Assembly: GCA_020628865.1 (NCBI GenBank)
Contig: JAHDEJ010000028.1
Coordinates: forward strand, 398 to 64,397
Length of the DNA stretch: 64,000 bases
Direction: 5' to 3'
Origin: Acidimicrobiales bacterium
Lineage (GTDB): Bacteria; Actinomycetota; Acidimicrobiia; Acidimicrobiales; SHLQ01
Shown one piece after another: positions 10,605 to 20,091 of the stretch; position 1 is the first letter of the stretch, and each line of letters begins with the position of its first letter. Under the pieces are notes generated by a model that saw nothing but the letters and a program-made list of their open reading frames with translations, ran no database searches and had not been told where the DNA came from. Position numbers and translations under genes: made by a program.

Positions 10605-11483
10605 ATGGCATCAGACGGGAAGAGTCCCGACTACTACCCGCTGCGGTGGAAGGTCGCCGACGGCGTGGAAGACCTTTTCGTGCTGCACCGAGGCAAGGCC
10701 GCAGCCGGCGTGCTGTTGCTGCTCGCCGGTCTCATCTTCGGATTCATCGTCTTCACCGGTGGAGATGGCGACGGCGACCAGGAAGTCGCAACCGACAGCG
10801 GCTCGACCACGGTTGCTCCCACCACGACCGAAGCCACCACCACGGTTGCACCGACCACGACGGAAGCGACCACGACCACCACCGCTCCGACGACAACGAC
10901 CACCACCACGACGACGACCACCGTCGTCGTCAGCGAACGGGCGCCGGCGAGTCCCGCGGAACGCGATGCCACCAGCCCGGGTGCGATCATCGAAATGGGT
11001 CCGTCCACCATTCGGCTCGTCGGTGGGTTCGCCACCGACCGTGAAGCCGACGAAACGCTGACGCTCGCCAACGCGGTCTTCCCCGGCATCGATGTCGTCG
11101 ATGAGCAGCTGGTCGATGAGAGTTACGAGGCGGTCGAAGGCATCACCTTCCGCCTGTCCGCCGCGGATCTGTTCGGCTACAACAGCGACAACATCAACGG
11201 CACCTACCTGCCCGTCATCGATCAGCTGGCCGCCGCAATGGTGGCCGCCGAGAGCTGGAAGGTGCAGGTGACCGGGCACACCGACGACACCGGTCCGAGC
11301 GACGGCAACCAGCGTCTCAGTGAAGGTCGAGCCCAATCGGCCGCCAACCGGCTGATCAATCAGGGTGTGTCGAGCGACCGCATCACGGTGCTCGGCCTCG
11401 GCGAGGATCAACCGATCGAAACGAACACGACCGAGGCCGGCCGACTGGCCAACCGCCGAGTCGAGTTCGTCGTCACTCCCTGA
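10605..11483 (+). CDS. Membrane-anchored OmpA-C (peptidoglycan-binding) protein with Thr-rich stalk
   Basis: N-terminal TM, poly-T linker, GHTDDTG..GNQRLSEGRA, NRRVEF. Confidence 0.9.
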   Translation: MASDGKSPDYYPLRWKVADGVEDLFVLHRGKAAAGVLLLLAGLIFGFIVFTGGDGDGDQEVATDSGSTTVAPTTTEATTTVAPTTTEATTTTTAPTTTTTTTTTTTVVVSERAPASPAERDATSPGAIIEMGPSTIRLVGGFATDREADETLTLANAVFPGIDVVDEQLVDESYEAVEGITFRLSAADLFGYNSDNINGTYLPVIDQLAAAMVAAESWKVQVTGHTDDTGPSDGNQRLSEGRAQSAANRLINQGVSSDRITVLGLGEDQPIETNTTEAGRLANRRVEFVVTP

Positions 11484-11513
11484 TCGTCGGCGCCGGCAGC
11501 GCCGACCCTCGAT

Positions 11514-12290
11514 TCAGGCGGTGCGATCCGCCCACCACTGATCGAGCCGCGCCAGCAGCTCTTCGCGCGAGAGCTCCCCTTCGGACCGCTTGACCTCGAG
11601 CAGCATCTTCACGGCGGCGCCAACGTCCGGACCCGGCGCAATGCCGAGATGATCCATGACGGCCGACCCGTCGAGGTCGGGGCGTTCGGCCGCAACACGA
11701 TCCGCCTCGGCCAACGTGGCGATCCGCTCTTCGAGCTCGTCCATGCTCGCCTGCAATGCACGCACCTTGCGTTGGTTCCGGGTGGTGCAGTCGCAGCGGA
11801 TCAGATGGTTCAAGTCGCCGAGCAGTGGACCGGCCTCGCGGGCGTACCGACGGACGGCGGAGTCGCTCCAACCGTCGGCGTACCCCTTGAACCGGCCCGA
11901 CATCCGGACGAGCTCGCAGACGTCGTCCACCAGATCCTCGTCGAAGTCGAGCGCAACGAGCCGCTTTCGGGTCATGCGGGCGCCGACCGCTTCGTGATGA
12001 CGGAAGGTCACGCCGCCGTCGTCGATCCGACGTGTCCGCGGCTTGCCGACATCGTGGAAGAGGGCCGCCAGCCGAACCTTGAGGTCGGGCCGCGTCTTGC
12101 TGACGACGGCCACCGTGTGCGCCAACACGTCCTTGTGCCGATGGATCGGATCCTGCTCCATCCGCAGCAGGGACAGCTCGGGCGCGACCGAGTCCATCCG
12201 GCCGGTGTCGAAGGCCGCCCAAAGAGCATCGGTTGGATCGTCGGGTGCGAGTACGTCGACCAGCACCTGCGCTTCAGGAGTGAGAACCAC
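11514..12290 (-). CDS. Stand-alone HD-domain protein resembling the C-terminal half of the actinobacterial CCA-adding enzyme
   Basis: HRHKDVLAHT, LAALFHDVGKPRTR, HHEAVGA, WSDSAVRRY, DCTTRN; GTG 12290 follows TATCCT. Confidence 0.8.
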   Translation of the reverse strand: MVLTPEAQVLVDVLAPDDPTDALWAAFDTGRMDSVAPELSLLRMEQDPIHRHKDVLAHTVAVVSKTRPDLKVRLAALFHDVGKPRTRRIDDGGVTFRHHEAVGARMTRKRLVALDFDEDLVDDVCELVRMSGRFKGYADGWSDSAVRRYAREAGPLLGDLNHLIRCDCTTRNQRKVRALQASMDELEERIATLAEADRVAAERPDLDGSAVMDHLGIAPGPDVGAAVKMLLEVKRSEGELSREELLARLDQWWADRTA

Positions 12291-12383
12291 GACCGAAGAG
12301 GATACCGCTGCTGCTGCGATCCCTTCGCCTTCTCGTCCGAACCCGGTCCCGTCGATCGGCGCTGGGCCACATAGTCTGTCGGT

Positions 12384-13094
12384 GTGGACGAATCGCAACC
12401 ACCCCCACCTCCACCGGCGCCGGCCCCGCCTGCGGGCAGTCCACCGCCTCCGTCGGGAGAACCGGTCGCCGCTGCGCCGCCACCGCCTCCCCCCACGGGT
12501 GCTCCGGCGATCAAGGCCCCCGACAACCCGATCGCCATTGCGGGGCTCACCGTCTCGGTTCTCGGCATCGTCCTTGCGGTGGTCGTCATCGGATTCTTCT
12601 TCGGCCTCATCGGCACGTCGCTCAGCGCTATCGCGCTCAAGCGTTCACGGCAGGGCCTCGGACGCCGGGGGATGTCCATCGCCGGCATCATCGTCGGCGT
12701 CCTGGCGATGCTGCTGTCGGTCGCCGGCGTGTTCGCGATCCTCGCCCTCGCGAACGGCGAGGAAAGCACTCGCAACGGCATCATCACCAACAGCACGAAT
12801 GAAACGCATCCGCCCCAGGACGACCTCGACGCAACCGTGTGCGGTGAGAGCAACTCCGGCCGCATCGCCACGACATCCGTGCGAATCACGAACCGCAGCG
12901 AGTCGTCGAGCGTCTACCGGATCGAGGTTGAGTGGGAGACGGAGGGCGGCGACATCATCTCGTCCACCAACACGACGTCGTACGTGGGCGTGGACGAGTC
13001 GATCACCGTCGATTTCGTGGAGACGTCCGGACGCGGTCTGGTCGACTCCTGTCGGGTCGTCCGCATCGACCGATCGTCGTTGCCGATCTTCTGA
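12384..13094 (+). CDS. DUF4190-like membrane protein
   Basis: Pro-rich N-terminus, two TM helices, GRRGMSIAGIIVG. Confidence 0.7.
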   Translation: MDESQPPPPPPAPAPPAGSPPPPSGEPVAAAPPPPPPTGAPAIKAPDNPIAIAGLTVSVLGIVLAVVVIGFFFGLIGTSLSAIALKRSRQGLGRRGMSIAGIIVGVLAMLLSVAGVFAILALANGEESTRNGIITNSTNETHPPQDDLDATVCGESNSGRIATTSVRITNRSESSSVYRIEVEWETEGGDIISSTNTTSYVGVDESITVDFVETSGRGLVDSCRVVRIDRSSLPIF

Positions 13095-13106
13095 TCGACC
13101 CGAGGG

Positions 13107-13418
13107 TCAGGGAACGAGGGCCTTGGCCAGCCCGGCCAACTCCGGCAGTTCGTAACCGACCGCGGGATCCTTCACCCGCACGCTGATCGTGACACCGCCG
13201 AGCACGCGGGACTCTTCGACGTCGACCTCGAGGGTCCATCGACTCCCCCACACGGTGAGGTGGGTGGTGCGGTGGCCGTCGTCGGCAACGACCTCGACAC
13301 GATCGTGCATGCCCCACTCATCGCCGCTGAGGATTCCGTTGAACCACGACATGGCGGCGTCGTGGTTCATTTCGCGGTGCAGTTCGGAGACGACGTTGTA
13401 AATCTGTGCAGTGGACAC
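13107..13418 (-). CDS. Hypothetical protein
   Basis: ORF fills the gap; GGAAAGG RBS-like sequence upstream. Confidence 0.55.
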   Translation of the reverse strand: MSTAQIYNVVSELHREMNHDAAMSWFNGILSGDEWGMHDRVEVVADDGHRTTHLTVWGSRWTLEVDVEESRVLGGVTISVRVKDPAVGYELPELAGLAKALVP

Positions 13419-13519
13419 TGCGTGGCCTTTCCGGCCCCCGGTCCACCCGAACCGAACGTGAAACTAGCTGCCTTCCCGCAGAGGGTGGTAATCCATTTCC
13501 GAATTTCTTCGGTGTGATG

Positions 13520-13945
13520 TCAGAAGGTCACCGTCTCGTTGAAGACCATGCCCTCGTCGAGGGTCCGGTGCACGGGACACTTCTGTGCGATCTCTGCCAG
13601 GCGAGCCCGTTGCTCGTCGTCGAAGTCGCCGTCGATGAAGATCTCGGCGGTGACGTTGTGGAGGAACCCGTGCGCGTCGTCATCGCAGTGGGCACAGTCG
13701 TCGGCGTGGATCTTGTCGTACGTGTACTGCGCCGACACCGAGTGCAGCGTCCAACCCTTGCGCTGGCAGTAGTAGGACAAGGTGATGCAGGTGCAGGCAC
13801 CCAATGACCCGAGCAACAGCTCGTAGGGATTCGGACCGGTGTCGGTCCCGTTGAGGTCGATCGGCTCGTCCGCACGCCAGACGTGGCGGCCATTCCGGAG
13901 TTCAACGACCGCTCCAGCGGTCAGGTCGGCAGTGATGGTTGTCAT
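13520..13945 (-). CDS. OsmC/Ohr family protein
   Basis: ADEP..GTDTGPNPYELLLGSLGACT, KCPVHRTL. Confidence 0.92.
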   Translation of the reverse strand: MTTITADLTAGAVVELRNGRHVWRADEPIDLNGTDTGPNPYELLLGSLGACTCITLSYYCQRKGWTLHSVSAQYTYDKIHADDCAHCDDDAHGFLHNVTAEIFIDGDFDDEQRARLAEIAQKCPVHRTLDEGMVFNETVTF

Positions 13946-14040
13946 GGGCCGACCGTACTCGAAGGGGTCGGATCGGAGCCGGGACGTCTAGATTCAATCG
14001 GACGGTGCCATGTGGGGGCACCGCAAGTGAGGGTGACCCG

Positions 14041-15117
14041 ATGACCGACGACATGACGAACGAGATGGCCGGCGGCCGGCGCAGGCCGAAACTGCTTCCG
14101 TGGCTCCTGCTCCTCGTGGGCATCTTCGCGCTCTTGTATCTGGCGGCGTGGTTGGCGACGCGAGACGGCGACACCGCCGTCACACAGCCCCAAACGGTCG
14201 AGGCCGAGGCCGAGACCGATGTCGTCGAGACGACAACCGTTCCGGAGACGACTGTTGCTCCCACGACGGCCGCTCCGGAAACGACGGTGCCGCCCACCAC
14301 GGCTGCGCCCGAAACTACGGTCGCGCCAACGACGACCGAAGCGCCGGCAACCATCGGCGACATCGCCCGGGCGAACCCCGAGCAGTTCTCCACGCTTCTT
14401 GCCGCCGCAGAAGCCGCCGGGTTCGACGCTGCCCTTGATGACCCCGGCCCCATCACGGTGTTCGCCCCGACGAACGACGCGTTCTCCAGCGTCGACGCGG
14501 CAACGCTGGGCCTGATCGTCGACGACACCGACCTGCTCGCTCCGACGATCGCCCACCACGTGGTCGAGGGCGCCTACACCTCGGCCGAACTGGCCGAACT
14601 CGGCGAGGTCACCACGCTGGCCGGCGAAACGCTGCTGATCGAGGCAGACGGCACCGTGACCGTGGGCGGCGTGACGGTCGCTGCGCTCGATGTCAACGCC
14701 GACAACGGCGTGATCCATGTGATCGACGGTGTCCTCCTCCCCCAGAGCGTGTCGTCCGCCCTCACGGCGAGCGCCGTGACCACCCTCCTGGCCCTCGAGC
14801 CGATCCAGTTCGCCGATTCGTCTGCGGAGATCACCCAGGCATCGCTCGCCACGTTGCAGGCGGCGCTCGAACTGCTCGAATCCGATCCGGAGGCCCAACT
14901 CGAGATCGCGGGCCACACCGACGACATCGGACCCGCCGACGGGAACCAGCGTTTGTCGCAGCGCCGGGCCGACGCCGTTCGCACCTGGCTGGTCGACAAC
15001 GGCATCGCCGCCGAGCGGCTCACGGCCGTGGGCTACGGGGAGGATCTGCCCGTTGCCGACAACGGTACGGAGGACGGTCGGGCCCAGAACCGGCGAATCG
15101 AGTTCGTCGCCCGCTGA
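14041..15117 (+). CDS. Fasciclin (FAS1) plus OmpA-C domain membrane protein
   Basis: TVFAPTNDAF, NGVIHVIDGVLLP (FAS1); GHTDDIG..NQRLSQRRA, NRRIEF (OmpA). Confidence 0.9.
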   Translation: MTDDMTNEMAGGRRRPKLLPWLLLLVGIFALLYLAAWLATRDGDTAVTQPQTVEAEAETDVVETTTVPETTVAPTTAAPETTVPPTTAAPETTVAPTTTEAPATIGDIARANPEQFSTLLAAAEAAGFDAALDDPGPITVFAPTNDAFSSVDAATLGLIVDDTDLLAPTIAHHVVEGAYTSAELAELGEVTTLAGETLLIEADGTVTVGGVTVAALDVNADNGVIHVIDGVLLPQSVSSALTASAVTTLLALEPIQFADSSAEITQASLATLQAALELLESDPEAQLEIAGHTDDIGPADGNQRLSQRRADAVRTWLVDNGIAAERLTAVGYGEDLPVADNGTEDGRAQNRRIEFVAR

Positions 15118-15283
15118 CCGCTTGACGCGGCCGGGCTCACACAGAGGGTGAATCACCCAGAAAATTGTGTTCCCGGCACGACAGAGTATGACAACTGTGT
15201 AACAATCGTTACCGCTTCATGACCTCTGGGTCGATACGCCCAGTGCCGACCAGTTCGGACGACCCATCGGTCAACTCGCCCTC

Positions 15284-16759
15284 ATGCCTCGCTCCGTCGC
15301 CTCACGCCGCCTCCTCCTGATCGCTGCTGCGATCATCCTCGGACTCGCCGCTCTCGCAACGCCGGTCGACGCTCAAGACGACGCCTCCCCCGCCGAGACA
15401 TCGCCGGTCGCCGTCCCCTTTGTCGGCACCTACGAGGTGTGGTGCACGGAGCGCAACCCGGGTCCGGGCGAGCGAACCTTCTGCGCCAACGCCAACCATC
15501 ACACGTCGCCCGCCATCGACATCGGCATGGAGATCGGCGAACCGATCTACGCGGCGGGGAACGGCGTCGTCACGGATCTGGAGACCAGCTGTCGAATCAG
15601 CAGCTGCTCCGGCGGGCGAGGGCTGTTCGTCGAGATCTCCCATCCCGACGGCACGACCAGCACCTACCTTCATCTCGACTCGGTCACGGTCGTCGACGAC
15701 CAGCAGATCACGGTCGGCCAGCTGATCGGCACCTCCGGCGCCACCGGTCAGAGCAGCTCACCCCACCTCCACTACGACGAGCGGAGCGACGGCGTTCGCG
15801 TGCCCTTCGGAACCTGGTTGGGCTGCGTCGACGGCGCCGTCGTGCAATACCCCGACGTGTTCGGCACCACCGACTGGAACCAGGTCGAATTCGGCAGCGA
15901 AGTCGTGAACGAGGGTTTCGACTGCCTCGGCGGCCTCGAGATCCCAGCGGCCACCCCCTCCGTCATCACCGGCGATGGGCTGCTCGGCATTGCGGCCCCG
16001 ACCGGCACCGAAGGCGAAGCCCGGGTCATCACCGTGGTCGGCGAGGAAGACCCCGAACCGTCACTGCAGACCGTTCCGCTCGCCGAGGGCAAGCTCGTCC
16101 GGATCACCGCCCGCCCCGAGTCCACCGTCTCGGTCCAGTTCCGGGCCCGCCTCGGAACCGTCTGGACGGCATGGTCTGAATCCGTGGTCCTCCAGATCGT
16201 CGAGGACGACCGACCGACCTGCTTCGGACTGCATGCCACGGTCGAGGGCACCAACGGCACCACCGGACCCGATGTCATCATCGGCACCGAGGGCAGCGAC
16301 TCGATCAACTCCGGCAGCGGCGACGACCTCATCTGCGGCCTCGGCGGAAACGACGTGATCGAGGCCGACGACGGCGACGACCGGGTCTCGGGCGGCGACG
16401 GTCGAGACATCATCTTCGGTGGCGATGGCCGAGACACGATCTTCGGCGGTCCGTCTGCTGACACGATCGACGGTGGCGCCAACCGTGATCGCATCGACGG
16501 CGGCCAGGGCGGGGACCTCATCAATGGGGGTCCCGGATCCGACGTACTGAATGGAAGCACCGGCGACGACGAGGTGCGAGGCAACGGCGGACGGGACCGA
16601 ATGCGCGGCGGACAAGGCGATGACGAACTGATCGGTGGACGCGGCAACGACCGCATCGTTGGGAACGTCGGAGACGACGTCCTCTCCGGTGGCGTGGGCC
16701 GAGATCGGTGCGAGGGCGGCGGGGACCCCAACGACACGACCACTGGATGTGAGCTGTGA
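15284..16759 (+). CDS. Secreted M23 peptidase with C-terminal RTX-like Ca-binding repeats
   Basis: HTSPAID, YLHL, PHLHY; multiple GGxGxD nonapeptides. Confidence 0.88.
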   Translation: MPRSVASRRLLLIAAAIILGLAALATPVDAQDDASPAETSPVAVPFVGTYEVWCTERNPGPGERTFCANANHHTSPAIDIGMEIGEPIYAAGNGVVTDLETSCRISSCSGGRGLFVEISHPDGTTSTYLHLDSVTVVDDQQITVGQLIGTSGATGQSSSPHLHYDERSDGVRVPFGTWLGCVDGAVVQYPDVFGTTDWNQVEFGSEVVNEGFDCLGGLEIPAATPSVITGDGLLGIAAPTGTEGEARVITVVGEEDPEPSLQTVPLAEGKLVRITARPESTVSVQFRARLGTVWTAWSESVVLQIVEDDRPTCFGLHATVEGTNGTTGPDVIIGTEGSDSINSGSGDDLICGLGGNDVIEADDGDDRVSGGDGRDIIFGGDGRDTIFGGPSADTIDGGANRDRIDGGQGGDLINGGPGSDVLNGSTGDDEVRGNGGRDRMRGGQGDDELIGGRGNDRIVGNVGDDVLSGGVGRDRCEGGGDPNDTTTGCEL

Positions 16760-18147
16760 CCAACCGTCGTCTGCTGACCGGACTCCTGGCCGCCCTCCTC
16801 GGGCTCGGCGCCGGCGTCTTTGCACTGATGGGAACCGCCGGTGCGGGTTCTGGTGCCGCCGTCGGCGTCATCGACACGTTCGATCGGGCACGAGTGCTCT
16901 CGAGCTGGCAGACACACGTCGAGCAGAACGTCGACCTGAATTCCGGATGGAACGGCTCCGTCGACGGCTGCCGCGCCGGAAACGCAAGTGCCGCATTCGA
17001 CGGGGGCACGCTTGAGACCATCAACTGGTTCCGCCGCATGGCCGGTCTGCCGACCGTCGCCGAGAACACCGCAGCCAGCGTCGGCGCCCAGCAGGCGGCA
17101 CTGATGATGGACGCCGCCAACCGACTCTCCCACTCCCCCGCCACCAGCTGGCCGTGCCATACGGCCGCCGGCGCCGGCGCCGCCGGCACCGGCAACCTCA
17201 CCCTCGGAGTGGCGGGCGCGCGTGGCGTCATCGGCCAGATCGAAGACCCCGGAGCCGGAAACGAGATCCTCGGCCATCGCCGCTGGCTCCTCTACCCCCG
17301 GCTCGGATCGGTCGGCATCGGCAACACCAGCACCGCCGGAGTCGTGACCGTCATCGGCGCTCCGACCACCCGCGCCAGTGGCACACAGTGGATCTCCTGG
17401 CCGCCGGCCGGTTACGTCCCCGCTGATGCCGTCTACGACCGCTGGTCGCTCTCCTGGAACAACGAAACGCCGGCGGATTTCTCCAAGGCCACCGTGACCA
17501 TGACCGAGAACGGGCGCTCCGTCGGCGTCACGATGCTTCCCCTCGTCAACGGCTACGGCGATGCCACCCTCGGCTGGGAGCCCAACGGCATCTCGCCGAA
17601 CCAGGGCGGGGACGTCAAGTACCGCATCACGGTCAGCAACATCATCGTGAACGGCCGCTCCGTCACCCGCACCTGGGAGACCGTCGCCATCGGCAACGGC
17701 GGCTCCGGCGCCATTGCGCTCACCGGTGCGAACGACACCTGCGCCGGTCATCGGGCGACGATCGTCGGAACGAACGGCGACGACGTTCTCTACGGCACGC
17801 CCGGCAACGACGTCATCGTCGCCGGCGACGGATCCGACGTGGTCTACGGCGGCGGCGGCAACGACATCATCTGCGGCGGTACCGGCAATGACAATCTTTA
17901 TGGCGAGGCCGGCAACGACAGCATCTGGGCAGGAACCGGCAACGACAATGTTCGTGGCGGCACCGGCGACGACATGCTCGACGGCATGAACGGCCGCGAT
18001 CGGCTGCTCGGCAACGAAGGCTCGGATCTGCTCATCGGCGGCGGCAAGCGCGACGTCATCATGGGCAACAGCGGCTCGGACATCTGCTGGCCCGACCGTG
18101 CGGGCAGCTCCTCGTCGAGCAGCGACGCCCTCCGCTCCTGCAACTGA
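16756..18147 (+). CDS. Secreted CAP/SCP-domain protein with RTX-like repeats
   Basis: INWFRRMAGL, LSH, LGHRRWLL; GGxGND repeats; GTGA overlap with the upstream gene. Confidence 0.85.
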   Translation: MTNRRLLTGLLAALLGLGAGVFALMGTAGAGSGAAVGVIDTFDRARVLSSWQTHVEQNVDLNSGWNGSVDGCRAGNASAAFDGGTLETINWFRRMAGLPTVAENTAASVGAQQAALMMDAANRLSHSPATSWPCHTAAGAGAAGTGNLTLGVAGARGVIGQIEDPGAGNEILGHRRWLLYPRLGSVGIGNTSTAGVVTVIGAPTTRASGTQWISWPPAGYVPADAVYDRWSLSWNNETPADFSKATVTMTENGRSVGVTMLPLVNGYGDATLGWEPNGISPNQGGDVKYRITVSNIIVNGRSVTRTWETVAIGNGGSGAIALTGANDTCAGHRATIVGTNGDDVLYGTPGNDVIVAGDGSDVVYGGGGNDIICGGTGNDNLYGEAGNDSIWAGTGNDNVRGGTGDDMLDGMNGRDRLLGNEGSDLLIGGGKRDVIMGNSGSDICWPDRAGSSSSSSDALRSCN

Positions 18148-18154
18148 GCGAACG

Positions 18155-18499
18155 TCAGCCCCGGAAGAAGAACCACCAGGCGACAGCGGCCACGAGCCCG
18201 AGCACGATGGCGACCTTCAAGAAGCCCTTGATGGCGCCGTAGACGGCTCCAGCGAGCGCCAGGAGCGCGATGACGAGCACGACGGCAGTGAGGCCGGGGT
18301 TCGACGAGGCGGCCTCAGAGAGCGAGTCCGGGACCTTGTCGGCCAGGTCGGGAGTGAGCTCCTCGAGCGTTTCGGTCGGGATCTTGTCCAACGTTCCATC
18401 GCGAAGCTGCTCAACGATGTCCTCGGGGAGTGCGTCCACCACGTCGGCAGGCAGCTCCTCGAGGGGGGTCGATTCGTCTGATTGTGCGTACTGGGCCAT
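18155..18499 (-). CDS. Small membrane protein
   Basis: Acidic N-terminus, two TM helices. Confidence 0.6.
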   Translation of the reverse strand: MAQYAQSDESTPLEELPADVVDALPEDIVEQLRDGTLDKIPTETLEELTPDLADKVPDSLSEAASSNPGLTAVVLVIALLALAGAVYGAIKGFLKVAIVLGLVAAVAWWFFFRG

Positions 18500-18551
18500 G
18501 ATGTAGTGTCGCACCTCCACCCCAGCGCGGGGTGCCACCCATTCACGCCCG

Positions 18552-19367
18552 ATGAATCAACGCTCACCGCTCGGTTACTCCGCCCGCCTCGGCCCGCAAT
18601 CCTCCGCTCCGCGGCGGGGCGCCAGCCTGCCCATCGGATGGATCGCCATCCTCGGCGGGCTCTTCGCCATTCTCGTACTCCTCTGGATCGTCGGAGCCAC
18701 CGGTGCGACGGAGCAGGCGGACGCCACCGATCAGTCAGCGGAGCTCGCCGAGATCGTGCGTCCTGCACTCACACGCGCCGGATACGGCGACATCGTGGTC
18801 AAGGCGGACGATCGCACGGTCGTGCTCGAGGGCGAGCTCGCCACGCGGGCAGACGTGGTTGCTGCGAGCGCAGTTGCCAGCTCGATCGCCGAGGTCGCCT
18901 ACGTGGACAACCGCCTGACCTATGTCGGCGAGCCGGAGCTGGGCGACCTTCCGGGCGACAACACACCCGGGCCCGTCCAGGGTGGCGCCACGTCGACGGA
19001 CGATCTTCTGCTGCAGGCGGCGATGGCCGGCATTGCCGCCCGGGATCCGATCGAGTTCGAGACCGGAAGCGACGAGCTCACGCCCGAGTCGGCCACGACG
19101 ATCTCACAGATCGCTGAGCAGCTCCTGGAGCGTCCGCTGGTTCGAATCGAGATCGGTGGCCATACCGACAGCGACGGCGAGGCAGAGGCCAATCAGCTGC
19201 TCTCTGAGGCTCGTGCGAACGCCGTGCTGAACGCACTGCTCGCTGCCGGCATCGAAGCGGACCGCATGACGGCGGTCGGGTACGGCGACGCCCTGCCGGT
19301 CGCCACCAACGAGACGGCCGAAGGCAAGCGCCGCAACCGCCGTATCGAGTTCCTCGTCGTCGTCTGA
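18552..19367 (+). CDS. BON plus OmpA-C domain membrane protein (ArfA-like architecture)
   Basis: TM; VVLEGE...VDNRL (BON); GHTDSDG..NQLLSEARA, NRRIEF. Confidence 0.85.
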   Translation: MNQRSPLGYSARLGPQSSAPRRGASLPIGWIAILGGLFAILVLLWIVGATGATEQADATDQSAELAEIVRPALTRAGYGDIVVKADDRTVVLEGELATRADVVAASAVASSIAEVAYVDNRLTYVGEPELGDLPGDNTPGPVQGGATSTDDLLLQAAMAGIAARDPIEFETGSDELTPESATTISQIAEQLLERPLVRIEIGGHTDSDGEAEANQLLSEARANAVLNALLAAGIEADRMTAVGYGDALPVATNETAEGKRRNRRIEFLVVV

Positions 19368-19473
19368 CGCCGAGGTCACCGACCAACCGAACGGGCACCA
19401 GCACCCACCGCGCGCGCCCCACCACAACTGGGGACGACCTAGCCTGTGGTGCCGCACGCAGAGCGAAAACGCA

Positions 19474-19503
19474 GAACGCCGTGTCCCGGAGGACACGGCG
19501 TTC
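19474..19503 (-). terminator. Intrinsic terminator downstream of rpmB-rpmG (may be bidirectional)
   Basis: Perfect 13-bp stem gaacgccgtgtcc-cgga-ggacacggcgttc, followed by TTTT on the minus strand. Confidence 0.75.
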
Positions 19504-19541
19504 CATTCGATCGGTGGAGGCGATGCCTCCGAGGCGTGGAG

Positions 19542-19703
19542 CTATCGCTCCTCGCGGAAGACCACGTGCTTGCGAACGACGGGATCGAACTTCTTCAGCT
19601 CGAGCCGCTCACGGGTGTTGGTCTTGTTCTTGGTCGTCCAGTACTGGTAGCCGGTACCAGCGGTCGAACGAAGCTTGACGAGAGGTCGCTTGTCGCTTGC
19701 CAT
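19542..19703 (-). CDS. rpmG: 50S ribosomal protein L33 (Cys-free form)
   Basis: [18 protein letters not shown]...[18 protein letters not shown]. Confidence 0.97.
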   Translation of the reverse strand: MASDKRPLVKLRSTAGTGYQYWTTKNKTNTRERLELKKFDPVVRKHVVFREER

Positions 19704-19939
19704 CAGACTTTCTGTCCCTTCCGGCGCATGTCCGCCACAACGCTTTCGATTCCACGCTTGTCGATCGTCTTGATGCCCTTGGCAGAGACGGTCAGCGTGA
19801 TCCACTTCTTCTCGGACGGAAGGTAGTAGCGCTTCTTCTGGATGTTGACGTCCCAACGGCGGTTCGTGCGCCGATGCGAGTGGGAAACGTTCTTGCCGAA
19901 CGACGGCTTCTTCCCGGTTACCTGACAAACACGTGACAT
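19703..19939 (-). CDS. rpmB: 50S ribosomal protein L28 (long, non-Zn-ribbon form)
   Basis: [32 protein letters not shown]. Confidence 0.97.
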   Translation of the reverse strand: MSRVCQVTGKKPSFGKNVSHSHRRTNRRWDVNIQKKRYYLPSEKKWITLTVSAKGIKTIDKRGIESVVADMRRKGQKV

Positions 19940-20091
19940 GGTCACATTCCTGACTGTGCGATCAAACTGGTGAGGCCGGGCTGCGGAAGCAGGCGCAAAC
20001 CGGACCAGCTGACAAGGTTACCAGCGGTCCCCCACGCCACAAACTCGCGTCGTGCGCACAATCTGGGGCGGTGGGAGCCGGAGGCGGTCGA

